Source: a virus
IMG/VR virus record: IMGVR_UViG_3300046723_000260
Location: 8,243-72,242 of that record
Direction: 5' to 3' (one strand)
DNA length: 64,000 nucleotides
The notes beneath the pieces were generated by a model. It ran no database searches, was not told the DNA's origin, and saw only the letters and a list, made by a program, of their open reading frames with translations. A program made the position numbers and the translations under genes. Position 1 is the first letter of the stretch. Each line of letters opens with the position of its first letter. This document shows positions 18,004 through 26,677 of this stretch, piece after piece.

Positions 18004-18509
18004 TCCTGCTCTACGTCGCGACCATCCCCGCGGCGAATTACATGATCGGCCACGTCGGCACGGTCTGCATCCCCAACGGCCCATGCCTGATTCCGGTTCT
18101 GCCGGGCGTCCTGGCGCCCAGCGGCGTGTTGATGATCGGGGTCGCCTTGCTGCTCCGCGACCTCGTGCAACGCCGCCTCGGCGCGGCGTGGTCGCTCGGT
18201 TGCGTCGCGGCGGGGACGGCGGCGTCGCTCCTGGTCGCGCCGCCGGCGCTCGCGGCGGCATCTGGAATCGCCTTCGCCCTGTCCGAGCTGACCGACTTCG
18301 CGGTATTCACGCCGCTCTACCGGCGGCGGCTGATCGCGGCTCTCGCTCTAAGCTGCCTAGCTGGCGCCGTCGTCGACAGCGCGTTGTTCCTATGGCTCGC
18401 GTTCGGCAGCCTAGACCACCTGGCCGGGCAGATCATCGGCAAGGTCTATGCGGTTGCGGCATTCGCGATCATCAGCCCCGCAAGATGGGGCACGGAGAAG
18501 ACGCGATGA
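17994..18509 (+). CDS. VUT/YhhQ-family queuosine-precursor transporter
   Basis: Multi-TM; ATIPAAN...LLRDLVQRRLG...ASGIAFALSELTDFAVF...GAVVDSALFLWLAFG...GQIIGK. Confidence 0.8.
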   Translation: MLLILLYVATIPAANYMIGHVGTVCIPNGPCLIPVLPGVLAPSGVLMIGVALLLRDLVQRRLGAAWSLGCVAAGTAASLLVAPPALAAASGIAFALSELTDFAVFTPLYRRRLIAALALSCLAGAVVDSALFLWLAFGSLDHLAGQIIGKVYAVAAFAIISPARWGTEKTR

Positions 18510-18709
18510 CGCCGGACCAACTGAGCGACGACGACAAGCTTCTGATCCGCGGCATGAACCACCGCGGCGCGATCTGCGAAGACACAGCGGGGCGCTACCG
18601 CCCGCTCAAGAGCAACGTCGCCGCGCTCCACTTCGACGGCCAGATGCTGGTCAACATGGTTTGGCTGCTGCGCCCGGAGGTGTCGCGGACCGAATCGGAG
18701 CGGGCATGA
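18506..18709 (+). CDS. Hypothetical protein
   Basis: 4-bp overlaps on both sides. Confidence 0.5.
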   Translation: MTPDQLSDDDKLLIRGMNHRGAICEDTAGRYRPLKSNVAALHFDGQMLVNMVWLLRPEVSRTESERA

Positions 18710-19983
18710 GCGTCAGGATCATCGCCGGGGACTGCCTGGCGGAGCTTCGCAAGATGCCGCCCGAGAGCGTCCACTGCGTCGTGACGAGTCCGCCGTACTA
18801 CGGCCTGCGAGACTACGGCGCGGCGGGCCAGATCGGTCTGGAGCCGGACTTCCGCGACTACGTCGCGAGGCTGGTCGAGGTCTTCCGCGAGGTCCGCCGC
18901 GCGCTGCGCTCGGACGGGACGCTGTGGCTCAACCTCGGGGACAGCTACGCGACGGGCGCCGGCGGCGTCGGTGCCAGGCCTGGCGGCGGCGCGCAGGGCG
19001 ATGCCTGGGCCGGTTATCGCGGCGGGCGAAACGGATCAGAAGGGAAGCATGCCTACGGCGAAAACAACGGAGGCGTCGGGCCGATGACGCAGCCGAACCG
19101 GATGCCGCAGCGCGGGCTGAAGCCGAAGGACCTCATGGGCATCCCGTGGCGCGTGGCGTTCGCTCTGCAGGACGACGGCTGGTGGCTGCGCCAGGACATC
19201 GTGTGGGCGAAGCCGAACCCGATGCCGGAGAGCGTCACCGACCGCTGCACGAAGTCGCACGAGTACCTTTTCCTGCTTTCCAAGAGTCAAAGGTACCATT
19301 TCGACCAGGAGGCGATCCTCGAGCCGATCTCGGCGGCGACGGTCGAGCGGCTCTCGCAGCCGGCGCTGGAGGAGCAGCTCGGCTCGCTCCGCGTCCCGGG
19401 CAAGATCAACGGGCCGATGAAGGCGGTGAGCCGGAGCGGCAACGCGCAGGAGGGCGTCCGGAACAAGCGTTCGGTCTGGACCGTGACGACGATCCCGTTC
19501 TCCGAGGCGCACTTCGCGACCTTTCCGCCCGCGCTGATCGAGCCGTGCGTCAAGGCGGGGACGAGCGAGAAGGGATGCTGCGCGAGGTGCGGCTCGCCCT
19601 GGGCGCGGCTCCAGGAACGAACCGTCGGCGGCGTGAGCGTGACGGTGCCGGCGCAGGAGAGGTTCGCGCGGCGCCCCGACGGCGCTCCGCTGATGGGCGA
19701 CAACGCCTTCACGCAGGACGAGACGGAGCGCGGCTCGTTCGCCGCCAAGAACGGCGTCGTCAGGAAGGCCGACGCGGGATGGGCGGCAAGCTGCGAGTGC
19801 GGCGCGGGCGTGACGCCCTGCACAGTGCTAGACCCGTTCGGCGGCGCCGGGACTACCGGCCTGGTCGCCGATCGGCTCGGCCGCGACGCGGTCCTGATCG
19901 AGATCAATCCGGAGTACGCCGACATGGCGCAACGCCGCATCGAGAAGGACGCCGGCCTGTTCGCCAGCGTGGCGGCCGAATGA
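18706..19983 (+). CDS. Beta-class amino (N4C/N6A) DNA methyltransferase
   Basis: GDCL...VVTSPPY.GLRDY...WLNLGD...W.KPNPMPESV.DR...HFATFP...VLDPFGGAGTTG...IEIN. Confidence 0.92.
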   Translation: MSVRIIAGDCLAELRKMPPESVHCVVTSPPYYGLRDYGAAGQIGLEPDFRDYVARLVEVFREVRRALRSDGTLWLNLGDSYATGAGGVGARPGGGAQGDAWAGYRGGRNGSEGKHAYGENNGGVGPMTQPNRMPQRGLKPKDLMGIPWRVAFALQDDGWWLRQDIVWAKPNPMPESVTDRCTKSHEYLFLLSKSQRYHFDQEAILEPISAATVERLSQPALEEQLGSLRVPGKINGPMKAVSRSGNAQEGVRNKRSVWTVTTIPFSEAHFATFPPALIEPCVKAGTSEKGCCARCGSPWARLQERTVGGVSVTVPAQERFARRPDGAPLMGDNAFTQDETERGSFAAKNGVVRKADAGWAASCECGAGVTPCTVLDPFGGAGTTGLVADRLGRDAVLIEINPEYADMAQRRIEKDAGLFASVAAE

Positions 19984-20669
19984 CCTGGACGCTGGCCTCC
20001 GGGCACGATCGCCGCGCGCTGGACGTGGTCGACGGCCTCGGCTGCTGCGCCGAGGCCGGGCCGCACTACTCGCGCCGCACGCCCGGCGCCCCGAGCTTCA
20101 CCGGCGTCGGCCAGGAGATCGTGCTCGTGACCGACTGCGGCCGCGCGGTGTGGGCCGCCGTTCGCAACGAGCTGCCGGCCCCGGCCTTCACCGGATGGCG
20201 CTCCAGGCACGGCGACCTGTTCCGGGAGCTGAAGCGCCGCGAGCCAGGGCCGCCGAGCAAGCCGGGCTTCCTCTTCAGGAACATGATGTTTCGCAACCTC
20301 GGCGCCGGGCTGTCGTCGGACCTGATCCGGTCGGCGGTCGAGGAGACCTATCGGCAATGGGCGCGGAGGTACGGGACGGTCCCGCCCGAGCGGTTGCGGA
20401 CCGAGGTCGAGGTTGCGAAGGTCAAGTCCGCGAATCCCGGATACTGCTACCTGATGGCGGGCTGGGAGCGCGGGCAGATCGTCCGGGGAAAACTGCACCT
20501 TTGGGCGCCGATGAGGGAGGAAAGCCGTGACCGAGAAACAGGCCGCCGGTTCGATTCCGGGGCGGAAGCGGAGGAACGGGAGGGGCCGGGCCAAAAAACG
20601 CGCCGGCGAGGCTCCGCCGCGGATGGAGCGGGTCTCGCTCCCGCTCTCGAAGATCTACCCCTGGCCTGA
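19980..20669 (+). CDS. Mom-like GNAT-fold DNA modification protein (putative)
   Basis: HYSRRTPG...FRN...LSSDLI...NPGYCYLMAGW resembles the HY...G..Y.A.GW signature of Mom-type proteins. Confidence 0.55.
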   Translation: MTWTLASGHDRRALDVVDGLGCCAEAGPHYSRRTPGAPSFTGVGQEIVLVTDCGRAVWAAVRNELPAPAFTGWRSRHGDLFRELKRREPGPPSKPGFLFRNMMFRNLGAGLSSDLIRSAVEETYRQWARRYGTVPPERLRTEVEVAKVKSANPGYCYLMAGWERGQIVRGKLHLWAPMREESRDRETGRRFDSGAEAEEREGPGQKTRRRGSAADGAGLAPALEDLPLA

Positions 20670-21141
20670 CAATCCGCGGACCCACCCGCCGGCCCAGGTC
20701 GCGCTCCTCGCCGAGCTGATCAAGCGGTACGGCCCCGACCAGGACATCGTCGTCGACGAGGACGGCGTGATCCTCAAGGGCCACGGGCGGCTCCTCGCCG
20801 CGACGCTCGCCGGGCTGCGCGAGTTCCCGGTCACGCGCCGGACCGGCCTGTCGGAGGCCGACAAGACCGCGATGCGGATCCAGGACAACCAGGTCGCCCT
20901 GCTCTCGGGCTGGGACCGCGACCTCCTGCGCGGCCAGATCGGCGCGCTGCGGGCGGACGGCTTCGACGTGAAGCTGCTCGGCTTCGGCGACACCCAGCTC
21001 GTGCAGTTCGAGACGCTGCCGGGGCCGCCCGGCGAGTTCCCGGCGTTCGGGGAGGACATCCCGACGGCGTTCTGCTGCCCGAAGTGCGGGTACAAGTGGT
21101 CGGGCTCCGCCGCGCCGGGCAAGGCGACGGACGACGAATGA
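20527..21141 (+). CDS. ParB/Srx N-terminal domain protein with C-terminal zinc ribbon
   Basis: PWPDNPRTH...I..YG...IVVDEDGVILKGHGRLLAA...RIQDN...W; CPKCGY.W. Confidence 0.85.
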   Translation: MTEKQAAGSIPGRKRRNGRGRAKKRAGEAPPRMERVSLPLSKIYPWPDNPRTHPPAQVALLAELIKRYGPDQDIVVDEDGVILKGHGRLLAATLAGLREFPVTRRTGLSEADKTAMRIQDNQVALLSGWDRDLLRGQIGALRADGFDVKLLGFGDTQLVQFETLPGPPGEFPAFGEDIPTAFCCPKCGYKWSGSAAPGKATDDE

Positions 21142-21284
21142 CCGCGTGGTTCTGCCAACGCGACGGGCGGACGGGAGCGATCAAACGCCGGTCGCTCGAC
21201 TTGCATCCGTCGTTCACGATATGCGCGCAGGGGACCGGCGACGCCTTCGCTGGCGAGTATTGGATCGAGGAAACGGGTGAGAGC

Positions 21285-23216
21285 ATGATTCCCAAATCGC
21301 CGACCGCGCCCAGGCGCGGGGAGAAGCAGTTGTTCGACGGCGGCAAGCCGGAGTACCGCGTGCCGCTGGTCTCGGAGATCGCGGCGATGCCCTGGAACGG
21401 GATGACGGTCGCGACCACCTTCGCGGGCTGCGGCGGCTCGAGCCTCGGCTACCGGATGGCGGGCTTCCGCGTGGTCTGGGCGAACGAGTTCGTGCCGGTC
21501 GCCCAGGAGAGCTACCGGGCCAACATGGCGGCGGGGACCGTGCTGGACGGCCGCGACGTGCGCGAGATCGAGGCCGCGGAGATCCTGAAGGCCGCGAAGC
21601 TGAAGGTCGGCGAGCTGGACCTGTTCGACGGCTCGCCGCCGTGCCAGGCGTTCTCGACCGCGGGCAAGCGCGAGCGGGGATGGGGCGAGGAGCGCCAGTA
21701 CGCCCACGGGGCCAAGCAGAAGAACGAGGACCTGTTCTTCGAGTTCTGCCGGCTGCGCGACGGCCTGCAGCCGCGGGCGTTCGTGGCCGAGAACGTGTCG
21801 GGCCTCGTGAAGGGCGCGGCCAAGGGCTACTTCCTGGAGATCCTGCGGCGGCTGAAGGTCGGCTACCGGGTCGAGGCGCGGCTGCTCGACGCGCAGTGGC
21901 TCGGCGTCCCGCAGCAGCGCCAGCGGATCATCTTCGTCGGCGCGCGCGAGGACCTCGGGCTCGAGCCCGCGTTCCCGGCGCCGCTGCCGTACCGCTACAG
22001 CGTCCGCGACGCGCTGCCGTGGATCGGGCGGGCGACGCTCGACATGGGCGGCAGCTTCAAGCCCGCCGGCGGCGGCGACGTGACCAACCGCCCGGCGCCG
22101 ACGATCATCTCCTCGACGTCGCACCACATGAAGGTCGAGGCCGAGATCGTGGTCGGGCGCGGCAGCAGGCGCAGGCGCGAGAGCGGCGAGCCGTTGAGCG
22201 CGGACGAGCCGAGCATGTCGGTGCTGGCCGACGGCGGGCGGAAGAACAGCTCGCAGTTCATGGTGCAGTACGCCAACGGGCAGCCGCCGCGGGACATCAC
22301 CGACCTCCCGGCCCCGACGGTCACCGCGGGCCCCGGCGACGGCAGCGGCGGCGGCCCGCGCAACCACTTCAAGATCGTGAAGAACAAGAACGCCGCGCAC
22401 CGCGGCAAGGGCCAGGAGTACCCCGAGGACGAACCGGCGCCGACTGTGATGGCGCGGCGGTCGAACTTCGATGCGGAGATCGTCTACCGGGGGCAGAACG
22501 GCGGCAAGGACTACGGCGAGCGCCGAAGGTCCGTCGACGAGCCAAGCGCGGCGATCTCCTCGCATGGCTACGGAGCGGCGGCGAAGCACCAAGTCCACGT
22601 CGAGGAGCGCGTCGTCCAGAACTCGCGCTACGACAAGCAGGTCGACGTGACGGACGGGCCCGCGCTCACCGTCGGCACCCACGGGCGGGCGAAGTCGTCG
22701 AACCATCTGGAGGTCGAGGTCCGCAAGATCGCCAACGGCGACACCGTCCCGGACAACGTCGCGGCGACGCTGGAGGGCTACGCCGTCGGGGAGGAGTGGG
22801 ACAAGCTCAACCCGGGCCAGCAGTCCGACAAGTTCTTCTCGCTGGTGCGGCCCGACGCGGGGAAGCCTTGCCCGACCATCACGGCGATGGGCGTCGGCAG
22901 CGTCAACCAGGGATCGCCCGGCGGGACCGCCGCCGTCACGCACCCGACCGAGAAGCGCAAGTTCACGATCGAGGAGCTGAAGCGGATCTGCGCCTTCCCG
23001 GACGACTTCGTCCTGGTCGGCACCTACGGGCAGAGGTGGGAGCGCCTGGGCAACTCGGTGCCGCCGGTCATGATGCGGCACATCGCGGAGGCGGTCAGGG
23101 ACCGGGTGTTGCTTCCCGCGCGAGCCGCCGCCAGAAGCGCCGCGCCCGCCGGACGTTCGCCTCCTCGTTCCACCAGCGGTTCACGCCGGAAGGGTGCGGG
23201 CAGATCGCGATCCTGA
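21285..23216 (+). CDS. C5-cytosine DNA methyltransferase with expanded variable region (alternative in-frame start at 21138)
   Basis: FAGCGG (I), GSPPCQAFS (IV), ENV (VI), Q.RQR (VIII), R.FT..E..R...FPDDF (IX), GNSV (X). Confidence 0.92.
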   Translation: MIPKSPTAPRRGEKQLFDGGKPEYRVPLVSEIAAMPWNGMTVATTFAGCGGSSLGYRMAGFRVVWANEFVPVAQESYRANMAAGTVLDGRDVREIEAAEILKAAKLKVGELDLFDGSPPCQAFSTAGKRERGWGEERQYAHGAKQKNEDLFFEFCRLRDGLQPRAFVAENVSGLVKGAAKGYFLEILRRLKVGYRVEARLLDAQWLGVPQQRQRIIFVGAREDLGLEPAFPAPLPYRYSVRDALPWIGRATLDMGGSFKPAGGGDVTNRPAPTIISSTSHHMKVEAEIVVGRGSRRRRESGEPLSADEPSMSVLADGGRKNSSQFMVQYANGQPPRDITDLPAPTVTAGPGDGSGGGPRNHFKIVKNKNAAHRGKGQEYPEDEPAPTVMARRSNFDAEIVYRGQNGGKDYGERRRSVDEPSAAISSHGYGAAAKHQVHVEERVVQNSRYDKQVDVTDGPALTVGTHGRAKSSNHLEVEVRKIANGDTVPDNVAATLEGYAVGEEWDKLNPGQQSDKFFSLVRPDAGKPCPTITAMGVGSVNQGSPGGTAAVTHPTEKRKFTIEELKRICAFPDDFVLVGTYGQRWERLGNSVPPVMMRHIAEAVRDRVLLPARAAARSAAPAGRSPPRSTSGSRRKGAGRSRS

Positions 23217-23556
23217 AGGCCAACCCGGGAATCCAGACGAACGGCTTCAGCGCGCGCGGCAGGAAGAACGCCCGCGCGACGTGGTCGCCGAGCAGCACCA
23301 CCGGGCGGTCGGAGAGGTCGCCGTTCATCATCATGCCGCCGGCGATCTCCTGCGCCTCGCGGAGCGGGAAGAGGTCGCCCTTCCCCGCCTTCCCGGGGAA
23401 GTCGGAGATCACGTTCACGCGCTCGAACAGGAGCGCGAAGTCGTCGGGCCCGAGGCCGCAAAGCTCGGCCAGCCGCCTTCCGCACCGCCCCGAAAGCGGC
23501 CGCGCCGGATCCGTGTTGGGACCCGGCGCTTGGCCGACGATCAGCGGTCTCCTCAC
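23095..23556 (-). CDS. Uracil-DNA glycosylase superfamily protein
   Basis: LIVGQAPG...PLSGRCGRRL...N...VVLLG...PHPSG..RWWN. Confidence 0.75.
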   Translation of the reverse strand: MRRPLIVGQAPGPNTDPARPLSGRCGRRLAELCGLGPDDFALLFERVNVISDFPGKAGKGDLFPLREAQEIAGGMMMNGDLSDRPVVLLGDHVARAFFLPRALKPFVWIPGLAFRIAICPHPSGVNRWWNEEANVRRARRFWRRLAREATPGP

Positions 23557-23840
23557 GAGGCGCACCAGCCGGCGAGGATCCAGCGATCCTCGCCGCACCG
23601 CGCGAGCATCGGGAGCGACCATTTGTCGTGGTGGTTCTCGAAGATCCACTCGGCGGCCTCGATGTCGCTGGCGAACTTCCGGTCGCACTTGACCACGCCG
23701 ATGCCCGCGGTCCCGAGGTGCCCGGTGTAGGGGCCGTGGCCGTTCTCGTGCCGCTCGGCCGCCTGGTAGTCCTCCGCCTTCTTCACGGCCTCCGTCCAGG
23801 TCTTGGCGCAGACGACGTGGCTGCAGGTGTGCGCGCCCAC
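23553..23840 (-). CDS. Hypothetical phage protein
   Basis: ENGHGPYTG...HDKW...WILAGWCAS. Confidence 0.65.
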   Translation of the reverse strand: MGAHTCSHVVCAKTWTEAVKKAEDYQAAERHENGHGPYTGHLGTAGIGVVKCDRKFASDIEAAEWIFENHHDKWSLPMLARCGEDRWILAGWCAS

Positions 23841-23843
23841 GGT

Positions 23844-24275
23844 TCACGCCTCCTGCGGCGCGACGAAGCGCGAGTAGTAGCGCCCGTCGCGGGTTTCGAC
23901 CGACCAGCCCGGCATGCTGTGGCGGACGTAGTGGACCTTCGCCCGCATCGGGTGCGCCTCGATCCCGAACTTCTCGACGAGCTCCGCCATCGACGCGCCC
24001 TCGGGGCCGGACATGAACGTCGCGACGTCCAGCGCGGGGACCGGGCCGCCCTTCTTCGCCGGCGCGGCCTTCGCCTTCGGGGCCGCTTTCGCCTTCGGCT
24101 TGTTGGCCTTCGCCTTGGCGACCGTCTTCTTCCGCTTCTTCATCGTGCTCTCCTGTTTGGGCGCCGAAGCCTTGACCGGCGCGGTGATGACGGGCTTCGC
24201 GGGCTTGCCCGCGGTCAGTTCGTAGTTGCGCTCCCGCAGCTCGCGGAGGCGCTGAGCCTTCGGCCCGAGCTTCAT
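23844..24275 (-). CDS. Basic DNA-binding protein (Lys/Ala-rich linker plus winged HTH)
   Basis: KAKAAPKAK tract then PEGASMAELVEKFG...H.MRA...GRYY. Confidence 0.55.
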   Translation of the reverse strand: MKLGPKAQRLRELRERNYELTAGKPAKPVITAPVKASAPKQESTMKKRKKTVAKAKANKPKAKAAPKAKAAPAKKGGPVPALDVATFMSGPEGASMAELVEKFGIEAHPMRAKVHYVRHSMPGWSVETRDGRYYSRFVAPQEA

Positions 24276-24742
24276 TGCAGCACCCTCCCCCCGACGAGCC
24301 CGTCGAAGATCGACACGCCCAGGCTCAGCTCCTTTTGATGCCACCGGCCGACCTTCGCCTTGCCCCTCGCGTCGCGGACGATGTCGTAGAATCCGGCGAT
24401 CTCGGCCTCGCTCGGCAGGGCGCTCTGCGCCGTGATCCAGAGGACCTCCTTGCGGTCTGCCTCCTTCGACGGGACCAGCTTGTCGGTGTTCGTCCCGACC
24501 GGGCGGACGACCATCCAGCCCTCGGTGATGACGACGACGCGGCTGGCGCTTCGCGCCCGGCAGATGTTCCTCACCGCGAGGATCGCGATCTCCTTCTGGG
24601 CCTGCCCGCCCCACGGCGCGCCGACCGGGATCACCCCGTCGGGGCACTGGATCAGGAACACCGGGATGTGTTCGCCCCTCGCGTCGAACGACCGCCTCGC
24701 GGTCTTCTTCGCCTGCTCGAACAGCTCAGACAGCGTCTTCAT
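24272..24742 (-). CDS. Hypothetical protein
   Basis: ITEGWMV...PS...DRKEVL; coupled in the operon. Confidence 0.6.
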   Translation of the reverse strand: MKTLSELFEQAKKTARRSFDARGEHIPVFLIQCPDGVIPVGAPWGGQAQKEIAILAVRNICRARSASRVVVITEGWMVVRPVGTNTDKLVPSKEADRKEVLWITAQSALPSEAEIAGFYDIVRDARGKAKVGRWHQKELSLGVSIFDGLVGGRVLQ

Positions 24743-24954
24743 GCCGAAAAGCCCTCCATGTAATCGACGTACAGAAAGGCGTTATTGGCTGGGTCAAACC
24801 ACGACCGATCCTGCCCGGCCTCAAGTCTGGTCTTCGCCTGCTCGGCGTCGGCTTTCGTGCCGTAAACGACGCACCAAGTGTCGGTGCAGTTGTCGCCGAC
24901 GTCCGTGACGTAGTCCTTAACGACGACCCATCGGCCTTCCGTCTTTCGTGCCAT
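24739..24954 (-). CDS. Hypothetical protein
   Basis: Strong SD GGAGGAGG. Confidence 0.6.
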   Translation of the reverse strand: MARKTEGRWVVVKDYVTDVGDNCTDTWCVVYGTKADAEQAKTRLEAGQDRSWFDPANNAFLYVDYMEGFSA

Positions 24955-24964
24955 TTCCTCCTCC

Positions 24965-25456
24965 TTAGTTGAGCGCCTTCGCGCGGTGAACCTTGACCTT
25001 CGAGTACGGCTTCGCGCAGCCCCTCTGCCAAGGGAACAACCCCTCGCGGTCGGGCAGGACGACCTGCATCACGCGGTACTTCTGGCGCTTCGCGCGGTGG
25101 TAGCTCGTCGCCTGGATCGTGTAGCGTTTCTTCACGCTCTCGGCGGCGTCGACGACGCAGGCCGGGCACTTGCCGCCCATCTCGACCAGCTCGCCGTCCT
25201 CGAACGGCTTGCCGCGCTCGAGCATCATCTTCGACAGCGCGTTGAGGATGTACTCGTCGTCGTAGAGTCCGACGATGAGCAGCTCCGGCAAGTTCCGGTC
25301 GCCGTTCCCGATGGTGTAGACGAAGGCGTCGTTCACCGGGTCCGACGACGGATCGCCGGGGAACACGCCGACCAGCGCGCGCCCGGTTCGCTCGATGTTG
25401 TCGAGCATCTGCTGGCGCACTTTCTCGATGTCTGAGTCGTTCTCGACGAACTTCAT
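24965..25456 (-). CDS. DUF4262-like protein
   Basis: I...G..LVGV...FVYTIG...LPELLIVGL...QVVLPD..GLFPW. Confidence 0.75.
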   Translation of the reverse strand: MKFVENDSDIEKVRQQMLDNIERTGRALVGVFPGDPSSDPVNDAFVYTIGNGDRNLPELLIVGLYDDEYILNALSKMMLERGKPFEDGELVEMGGKCPACVVDAAESVKKRYTIQATSYHRAKRQKYRVMQVVLPDREGLFPWQRGCAKPYSKVKVHRAKALN

Positions 25457-25623
25457 CTGCGAGCCTTCCGTTTTTCGATGATGAGTCGCTGGACTTCCTT
25501 CCAAAACGCGCCAGCCGGCGTTCGTTCGTTGTTCATCCGCGCGAAGACGCAGTGAATCTCGGCGTCGCGTCCGTATCGCTCGATCATGTGGTCGGCGGTT
25601 TCGGATGCAGTTCGTCCCGTCAT
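25453..25623 (-). CDS. Hypothetical protein (56 aa)
   Basis: MTGRTASETADHMIERYGRDA...FWKEV; 4-bp overlap with the downstream gene. Confidence 0.45.
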   Translation of the reverse strand: MTGRTASETADHMIERYGRDAEIHCVFARMNNERTPAGAFWKEVQRLIIEKRKARR

Positions 25624-25855
25624 CTGCGCGGTCTTTCCCTGTCATGCGCCGCGAGGAGAAGAGCCTCCGCGGGCGATAAGGCGGGGCCGAGGTAAGGCCC
25701 GCGCGCTGAGTAAACGTCGAGCCGATCACGGCGCGGCTTGACGTAGGCGATCAGGAGTTGACCCATCAGGATTCGCCCGTTCGAGATGGTGTAGGCGGGA
25801 GGCGGCCCCCGGAAATTTTCCGGGGGTTTCGCGCCGGCGTTCGTTCTGACCCAGC

Positions 25856-26317
25856 TCACGCAGCACCCTTGACGGGAGGGGCGACCTCGACGAGGCGGAA
25901 GTCTTCCGCCGACAAGTCGCGCTTCAAACCGAACCAAGTGCGAGCGTCGCCGGTCGAGGCGATGAAGGTCCCGTTCCGCCCCTCGATCTTGAAGAGGACC
26001 GGCTTCTGCGAGCGGCTGTTCTTCAGCCCGACGATCGTCAGGACGCGCCCTCCGAACGTGACCGGCTTGTTCAGCCACTCAGCCTTCATCCCGAGGTACT
26101 CCGCGTTGTTCGAGTAGAACAGCGCCTCGGGCGTCGTCTTGTTTCCGCTCGCGTCCTTCAGGTTCTCGTCGATCAAGGTGAGGCGATAAGAGATCGTCCC
26201 GTTGATCGGGTCGACCGTCGCGCTGCGCTTGCCGGTCTTCAGACCGAACTTTTTGCAGACCTCCTCGATCTCCTTGTCGAGCAGGGGCGCGATCGCGCGG
26301 AATTGTTTCAGGTCCAT
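25856..26317 (-). CDS. Hypothetical protein
   Basis: SD AAGGAG, MDLKQFRAIAP...; first gene of the second leftward block. Confidence 0.65.
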   Translation of the reverse strand: MDLKQFRAIAPLLDKEIEEVCKKFGLKTGKRSATVDPINGTISYRLTLIDENLKDASGNKTTPEALFYSNNAEYLGMKAEWLNKPVTFGGRVLTIVGLKNSRSQKPVLFKIEGRNGTFIASTGDARTWFGLKRDLSAEDFRLVEVAPPVKGAA

Positions 26318-26360
26318 AAGTCGCTCCTTTAGGGTTTCGATGCGCCTATTCCTGTCGTGC

Positions 26361-26380
26361 GCGTGGAAAGTTGTCCACGC
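26361..26380. promoter_or_regulatory. Palindromic putative operator
   Basis: GCGTGGA-AAGTTG-TCCACGC in a divergent intergenic region. Confidence 0.55.
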
Positions 26381-26500
26381 GGGAACACTATTTCGGGCAT
26401 GGGCAGTGCTCGACCCATGACCCTCGGCCATGCCCGATTCCGTGGACTCTATAGAGGGCGCACCGCACAGTTCCGGGGTAGCAAAAATGGGAGATTCAAG

Positions 26501-26677
26501 ATGGTTGAAAAACGCGAAACTACAGACGGACGTTTCGTTGAGGTCGCGCCGCGAGAGTGGTGGGACACTCAAGGCATCGACATCGTCCCGGAACGGGTTG
26601 TCGATGCCTATCTGGAGACCAAAAGCGACGTTGGAATCGTTGTGTTCAGAATGGAGGACCTCGATGCAACCGTCTGA
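26501..26677 (+). CDS. Hypothetical protein
   Basis: SD GGAG, MVEKRETTDGRF... Confidence 0.45.
   Translation: MVEKRETTDGRFVEVAPREWWDTQGIDIVPERVVDAYLETKSDVGIVVFRMEDLDATV

Noticed and set aside
20527-21141. ParB-like gene as the cognate binder of the parS site or a partition system
   Set aside because: Only the N-terminal ParB/Srx domain plus a zinc ribbon; no HTH, no parA, and it sits among methyltransferases as is common for this subtype
25806-25826. Palindrome CCCCCGGAAATTTTCCGGGGG
   Set aside because: Could be a terminator or binding site, but it is a single instance without a clear U tract on the coding strand; insufficient support
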